64,000 bases of DNA from Acidobacteriota bacterium. Lineage in GTDB: Bacteria > Acidobacteriota > Thermoanaerobaculia > Gp7-AA8. The notes beneath the pieces are model-generated. The model was not told the origin of the DNA, did not search any database, and saw only the letters and a program-made list of their open reading frames with translations. Positions 58,583 through 64,000 of this stretch are shown piece by piece. The position numbers were made by a program, and so were the translations under genes. The first letter of the stretch is position 1; each line of letters opens with the position of its first letter. The stretch covers positions 448,001 through 512,000 of the forward strand of contig JAFATB010000023.1 in NCBI GenBank assembly GCA_019244185.1, written 5' to 3'.

Positions 58583-61402
58583 ATGACGACGATTCCTCCG
58601 ACGACCGACGCACCCGCTCCCGCCCCCGCACCGCGTCCCCGCCGGCGCCGTCCGCGCGTCACGCGCCGCACGGTGTTCCGCGCGATCTCGTGGACGGTCG
58701 GCGCGCTGTTCCTCCTCATCCTCATCCTCGGCGTCTACATCTACCGCTCCGCGGTCGGCCGCTTTCAGGTGCGCAAGCTCCGCCTGCCGACGCGCATCTA
58801 CGCCGACTTCACGCCGCTGCAGCCGGGCACGCGTCTCCACGCCGACGACGTGCTCGAGAAGCTCGACCGCCTCGGCTACCGCGAGGCCGAGCGCGTCGAG
58901 AAACCGGGCGACTTCCAGCGCTCCAACGACGGGCTCGACATCTACACGCGCGCGTTCAACCGCGCGAACGACGACTATCCCGCGGTGCCGCTGCGCGTCA
59001 CGTTCAACGGCGACGGCATCGAACAGGTCGTGTCGCTGAAGGAAGCGCGCCCGCTCGCGCGCGCGGCGCTCGAGCCGGAACTGCTGACGTCCGTGCTCAG
59101 CGAAGAGCTCGAGAACCGCAGTCCTGTGACGCTCGATCAGGTGCCGCAGTCGCTGCAGGACGCGGTCGTCGTCACCGAGGACGTGCGCTTCTGGCATCAC
59201 CCCGGCGTCGATCCGATCGGCATCTTCCGCGCGGTGTTCCGCAACGTGAAAGCGGGCGGCGTCTCGGAAGGCGCGTCGACCCTCACGCAGCAGCTCGTGA
59301 AGAACTACTACCTCACCAGCGAGCGCACGTTCAAACGGAAGATCGTCGAAGCGTTCATGGCGGTCATCCTCGACGCGCGCTATTCGAAGCGCGAGATCCT
59401 CGAGGCGTACCTCAACGACATTTACCTCGGCCGCAATCGTTCGATCTCGATCCTCGGCGTCGGCGAAGCGGCGCGCTTCTACTTCGGCAAGCCGGTCTCG
59501 GAGCTCAACATCCAGGAGTCGGCGACGCTCGCCGGCATGATCCGCAGCCCGAACAACTACTCGCCGTTCAACAACCCCGAGCTGTCGATGAAGCGCCGCA
59601 ACACCGTGCTGCAGCTGATGCTCAAGGAGAAGAAGATCACCCAGGCGCAGTACGACGCGGCACATGCGTCGAGCCTGCCGCGCAAGCCGTTCCGGCAGAA
59701 AACGGGACTCTCGTCGATCCCGTACTACGTCGACCGCGTGCTGCAGGAACTGCAGGATGACTACGGCATCGACGACGTCAAGGGGCGCGGACTGAAGATC
59801 TACACGGCCATCGACCTCGGCGCGCAGGACGCCGCCGCACGCGTCGTCGAGGCGAGCCTGCAGAGCATCGAGAAAGGCAACCGGCGGCTGCGCACGCATA
59901 CGCCGGCGTTGCAGGGCGTGCTCATTCACGTCGACGTGCCGACCGGCGAGATCCGCGCGCTCGTCGGTGGCCGCAACTACGAGCGCTCGCAGTTCAACCG
60001 CGCGCTGAAGTCGAAGCGCCTCGTCGGCTCGCTGTTCAAGCCGTTCGTCTATCTCACGGCCTTCGAGCCGAGCCTTTCGAATCAGAACATCACGCCGGCG
60101 ACGATGGTCAGCGACACGCGTTTCGTGCTCAAGCGGCGTTGGTCCGAGGACTGGTCGCCGCGCAACTACGACGGCCACTACGAAGGCAACGTGACCGTGC
60201 GCGAGGCGCTCGAGCATTCGCTCAACTCCGCGTCCGTGCGCATCGGACTCGCGTGCGGCATCGCGCCGATTCTCAAGACCGCGAAGACGCTCGGCGTCGA
60301 CACGGAGCTCGACGACAGCAACCCGTCGATCCTCCTCGGCGCGGTCGGCATTCCGCCGATCGAGATGGCCGAGGCGTATTCGACGATCGCGCGGCAAGGC
60401 GCGCGCATGCCGCTGCGCGCGATCCGCTACGTGACGGACGATCGCGGCCGCGCGCTGAGCGGGCCCGAGGATGCGAAACCGTCGCAGGTGTTCCCGCAGC
60501 GCGACATCTATCTCATCACGCACGTGATGGAAGGCGTCGTCGAGCGCGGTACGGCAGCGGGGGCGCGGTCGATGGGCTTCCGCAAAACGGCGGCGGGCAA
60601 GACCGGCACGACGAACGACAAGCGCGACGCGTGGTTCATCGGCTTCACGCCGCAGACGCTCACGGCGACGTGGGTCGGCTTCGACGACAACACGCCGACG
60701 GGCCTCGCCGGCGGCGACGCGGCGGTGCCGATGTGGACGCGCTACATGCTCGCGGTCACGGCGAACGAGCGAAACGCCGCGTTCCCGGTGCCGCCGGGCG
60801 TGACGTTCGCGGAAGTCGACAAGATGAGCGGCGGACTGGCCACGCCGTACTGCCCCGCGAACGCCGTGGTCAACGAGGCGTTCAAGGAAGGGACGCAGCC
60901 GACGCAGGCCTGCTCGCTCCACAGCGTCACGAATCCGAACCCCGTCATTCCGATGTACGACGAGTTCGGGAACCTCATCACCACCAACACCGCGCCGCCG
61001 CCTCCGCCGGAGCTGCCGCCGTCGTCCGCGACGGAGCCCGACTCGACGCTCACCGGCGGCATCTTCCGCACCGACACGAATCCGGCCGCGCAGGAGCCGC
61101 CGCCGGCGTCGCAACCGCCGCAGCAACGGCCGCCCGACCGTCAGCCGCCGCCCGAACGCCAGCCGCCGCCCACCACGACCGAACCGCCGCCCGAGCCGAC
61201 GCAGACGGACACGGACGCGGAGCCGCCGCCGACGTCGACCGACACGATCGGCGGCAATGCCGGTCGCAATCCCGATCGCACGGTGGCGGACGTATCATGG
61301 CCGCATGGCGGACGAAGTGAAGAACAGGCTGCGCAACTGGGGCATCGACGTCGACCGCTTCGAGGAGCGCGCGAAGGAATCGCTGCAGAACGCGCGCGGT
61401 GA
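58583..61402 (+). CDS. mrcB: Class A penicillin-binding protein (PBP1b type)
   Basis: UB2H-like LDRLGYR; GT51 EDVRFWHHPGVD, GASTLTQQL; TP motifs GSLFK, SLN, KTGT; Pro-rich tail. Confidence 0.92.
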   Translation: MTTIPPTTDAPAPAPAPRPRRRRPRVTRRTVFRAISWTVGALFLLILILGVYIYRSAVGRFQVRKLRLPTRIYADFTPLQPGTRLHADDVLEKLDRLGYREAERVEKPGDFQRSNDGLDIYTRAFNRANDDYPAVPLRVTFNGDGIEQVVSLKEARPLARAALEPELLTSVLSEELENRSPVTLDQVPQSLQDAVVVTEDVRFWHHPGVDPIGIFRAVFRNVKAGGVSEGASTLTQQLVKNYYLTSERTFKRKIVEAFMAVILDARYSKREILEAYLNDIYLGRNRSISILGVGEAARFYFGKPVSELNIQESATLAGMIRSPNNYSPFNNPELSMKRRNTVLQLMLKEKKITQAQYDAAHASSLPRKPFRQKTGLSSIPYYVDRVLQELQDDYGIDDVKGRGLKIYTAIDLGAQDAAARVVEASLQSIEKGNRRLRTHTPALQGVLIHVDVPTGEIRALVGGRNYERSQFNRALKSKRLVGSLFKPFVYLTAFEPSLSNQNITPATMVSDTRFVLKRRWSEDWSPRNYDGHYEGNVTVREALEHSLNSASVRIGLACGIAPILKTAKTLGVDTELDDSNPSILLGAVGIPPIEMAEAYSTIARQGARMPLRAIRYVTDDRGRALSGPEDAKPSQVFPQRDIYLITHVMEGVVERGTAAGARSMGFRKTAAGKTGTTNDKRDAWFIGFTPQTLTATWVGFDDNTPTGLAGGDAAVPMWTRYMLAVTANERNAAFPVPPGVTFAEVDKMSGGLATPYCPANAVVNEAFKEGTQPTQACSLHSVTNPNPVIPMYDEFGNLITTNTAPPPPPELPPSSATEPDSTLTGGIFRTDTNPAAQEPPPASQPPQQRPPDRQPPPERQPPPTTTEPPPEPTQTDTDAEPPPTSTDTIGGNAGRNPDRTVADVSWPHGGRSEEQAAQLGHRRRPLRGAREGIAAERAR

Positions 61403-61646
61403 TCTCTCGGAGATCACCGGCACGCTGCGCCACACGCTGATCGAGGCGAAGGACGTCCTGGTCGGCCTGCACGCGAACGGCGCGCCCGTCGCCGCCGAGC
61501 TGAAGTCGGGCTTCGAGCGCGCATGGCAGGAGATCGAGCGCGCGTTCTCATCGGCGCGGCAGAAGGCGAAAGATGCTGTGCATTCTGATGACGCGCCGCC
61601 GCTCGACGAGACGACGGGCGAAACGAACAACAACGATGAACGCTGA
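61305..61646 (+). CDS. Small helical hypothetical protein
   Basis: TATCAT 6 nt before ATG; amphipathic helices (ELKSGFERAWQEI). Confidence 0.7.
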   Translation: MADEVKNRLRNWGIDVDRFEERAKESLQNARGDLSEITGTLRHTLIEAKDVLVGLHANGAPVAAELKSGFERAWQEIERAFSSARQKAKDAVHSDDAPPLDETTGETNNNDER

Positions 61647-61761
61647 AGAAGCGTTCGCTGGTTGCTTCCGTTCGAAGGGACGCTGATTCCCTTGTTTGAC
61701 TTCTCTCCGTACGTCATGTTCTCCTTCCGATATCCGTCCGAAGGATCCTCTGCACCGTTGC

Positions 61762-63366
61762 ATGGCTTTCATCGCTGTGCCGTTGTTCCTCTCCACGATC
61801 TCGGCGTTCGCGGTGGTACCCGAGGTTGTCTTTCCCGTTCTCGCCGGCACGATTGACGGTCGGACGTACCGCACGACCGTCGATGTCCGTGGCGCCTCGG
61901 CCGCCGACTGCACGTTCGAGCTCGTACGACCCGGTGGCGCGATTCTCCGTTCGGTCGTACACATCGAGCCCGATGAGCCGAAAGTGTTCGACGAATTTGC
62001 CACCGACTTTCAACCGCTCGCGACGACGGTCCGCGTGTCCTGCACCGGTGCGGTCGATGTTCACAGTCGCATCCACGAGTCGACGGACGGCGGCATTACG
62101 TTCGACGACGGTGCGCTGTATCGAGCCTCTGCTGCCGAACCTTTCGTTGCAGGTCAAACCATCGCAACGCCGATCACGGGTGACTTCATCGTTGCCGAAG
62201 TCGGCGGCGCACCCGTTCGCGTCGCGGCGACGTTGACGGCTACGGTATCGGGGCGCGTTTTGGAGCGAGTGTATGAGTTGGGTCCCCGCGCTCAGCACTC
62301 CGTCGCGATCGTGGCTGCGCTCCGAACCCTTGGCTCGATCGATGGGCGATTTGCAATCGAAGGCGAAGGACGAGTGATCGTCTTCCGCGCCATAACGGAT
62401 ATCGCCGTGGCGAACATCGCTCAACGTGGCCGCAGCAGGCAGGGAATCGCGTCAGATCCTCAGCCGCCGTCGATGACGAGGCAACTATTGATCTCGTCCT
62501 TCAAAGCGGCTCCATTCCAGGAACCGGCGACGGGCCTTGTGTTTATGCGCGGTCGCTGGTACGACCTTTCGACCGGGACGTTTCTCACGCCCGATCCCCA
62601 GGGTTTCGCCGATTCATCCAATCTTTACGCCTTCGGCAAAGGCGATCCTGTGGACACGAGTGATCCCACCGGCCGCCTGGTGCGATTCACCGGCAAGGAT
62701 CCATGGGGCGATTTTTTCCTCTTCCGCGGCAGCCTGCACAATCCCGCTGCAGCGGCACTCCTTACGCTTCAGGGAGACTCGAAACACGGGTACGTTCTGG
62801 GGCTGCGACCGGGCGTTACGAAAGCTCAGTTTCTTGCAACAGCGATCCCGGATCCACCTACCTATCGATCTGATCTCGCGGCGCAGGGCATCCCGCTTCC
62901 GAAGGACCGCCGAACCGTCGAAGAGAAAGTCTTCGACCTGATCAGCAGTATGCACATCACCGAGTTTGAAACGGGGGACAGTCTTACCCGTCTGTCTTCG
63001 TGGCCGTTCTCCTGGTTCGCACGGACACGCACATTTCAGGAAGCCACGAGTCGATACGGCGGCGCAATGACGCTCGAGCCATCCGAGACTCCGTCCGGCA
63101 ACACCGCCATTGCCGTCAATCCTCTGGAAATCAACAATGGGAGCGCGTGGGCAGCGACCGCCGCGTATCACCTGGCCTATGACCCCGAAATCGCAGTCAT
63201 CCACGAGTTCGGCCATGCGCTTGCCTATCACGACAACAACGTGCCGTGTTTTCAGATGTGGTCCGTTTACTTCGAGAATCAGGTTCGCGCGCGGCGCGGT
63301 GAACGGCTCTTTCGCACATCGGAACGTCCTCTCCGGAACGATCCAAAGACGCTAATCTGTCCCTGA
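61762..63366 (+). CDS. Secreted protein with Rhs-associated core motif and C-terminal HExxH domain
   Basis: Signal peptide; TGLVFMRGRWYDLSTGTFLTPDP...NLYAF...DPVDTSDPTG; IHEFGH...ENQVR. Confidence 0.8.
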   Translation: MAFIAVPLFLSTISAFAVVPEVVFPVLAGTIDGRTYRTTVDVRGASAADCTFELVRPGGAILRSVVHIEPDEPKVFDEFATDFQPLATTVRVSCTGAVDVHSRIHESTDGGITFDDGALYRASAAEPFVAGQTIATPITGDFIVAEVGGAPVRVAATLTATVSGRVLERVYELGPRAQHSVAIVAALRTLGSIDGRFAIEGEGRVIVFRAITDIAVANIAQRGRSRQGIASDPQPPSMTRQLLISSFKAAPFQEPATGLVFMRGRWYDLSTGTFLTPDPQGFADSSNLYAFGKGDPVDTSDPTGRLVRFTGKDPWGDFFLFRGSLHNPAAAALLTLQGDSKHGYVLGLRPGVTKAQFLATAIPDPPTYRSDLAAQGIPLPKDRRTVEEKVFDLISSMHITEFETGDSLTRLSSWPFSWFARTRTFQEATSRYGGAMTLEPSETPSGNTAIAVNPLEINNGSAWAATAAYHLAYDPEIAVIHEFGHALAYHDNNVPCFQMWSVYFENQVRARRGERLFRTSERPLRNDPKTLICP

Positions 63367-64000
63367 TGCGTCGAGCATTTACCTGGCTCGGTACACTCCT
63401 GAACGCCGCGCTGATCGGCGTGTGCATGTGGCCCGCCGAGCACTCGCTGCTACTCTTCGCTGTGGTCGCGGCTGCCGTTCTCGTGAGCCTTTCATGCGAC
63501 TCCACGATCCTGGAAGCGTCTGCGACGACGCTCGGAGTCGTCGCGGCCACGGTGCTCGCCGAGCCGGCGCTCGCCATATCCCGCGGTTCATTCGATGTGC
63601 GCATCGCATGGGCAGCGATCCTCGCAGCGGTTCTTTTTCGCTCCAACCCCAGGATTCGTGTGCACAGCCTCGTCACCGCCGCAGTCATTGCGGTGACGAT
63701 CATCCCGCCGTCCGATACGAGTCTCCTCATCGTTTCGCCGCCGGTTCTTCTACAGGTCGTCGTGTGTTTGGTCGCGATCTCGCTGCAAGCGTTCGATCAC
63801 CGAACGCGCCGTTGGTGGCCAGCGTATCGAATCGCGGAGCCGCTTCTCGTGGTGGCTCTCGCCAGCGCATTCGTTCTGCCCTTCGCTCACAACGGCCTCA
63901 CGCTTTCCGAGCTGGTTGCGTGGCATGTTTACGTCGGTGTTGCCGCTTCGCTCATCGCGTTCGTCGACGAGCTGCTGATGCGCTTCGGACCACGCCAGCA
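63366..64000 (+). CDS. Multi-pass membrane protein (partial, runs off the window)
   Basis: TGATG overlap; frame open to the window end (MRRAFTWLGTLLNAALIGVCMW...); hydrophobic. Confidence 0.7.
   Translation, partial: MRRAFTWLGTLLNAALIGVCMWPAEHSLLLFAVVAAAVLVSLSCDSTILEASATTLGVVAATVLAEPALAISRGSFDVRIAWAAILAAVLFRSNPRIRVHSLVTAAVIAVTIIPPSDTSLLIVSPPVLLQVVVCLVAISLQAFDHRTRRWWPAYRIAEPLLVVALASAFVLPFAHNGLTLSELVAWHVYVGVAASLIAFVDELLMRFGPRQ

Overview
High-GC bacterial chromosomal window, mostly housekeeping and envelope genes. The gene content (Oar-type TonB-dependent receptor, VPS10/BNR protein with LolA-like partners, DUF1800/DUF1501, DUF3857-transglutaminase-TPR, myxobacterial-type Ser/Thr kinase) suggests an Acidobacteriota-like organism; this is inference only. 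About 55 CDSs are supported, including ku, dsbD, yhbY, dusB, rimO, rho, arfB, pgeF and mrcB. No rRNA, tRNA, CRISPR array, integrase or transposase was seen. The strongest unexplained signal is a small SEC-C zinc-motif gene (12891-13136). It can be read as a complete protein only through three successive +1 frameshifts (UUU-UGA, GGG-AUA with a prfB-like internal Shine-Dalgarno, UUU-CAA). Other notable items are an A11 slippage tract at a domain boundary of a DUF4388 gene, an Rhs-core/metallopeptidase gene lacking YD repeats, an XRE-HTH-TIR fusion, a pseudo-receiver-kinase-TM-TonB_C fusion, a Rho with a degenerate RNA-binding motif, heptamer-built inverted repeats, and many apparently leaderless genes. 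All family assignments are by motif recognition; no database search was run.
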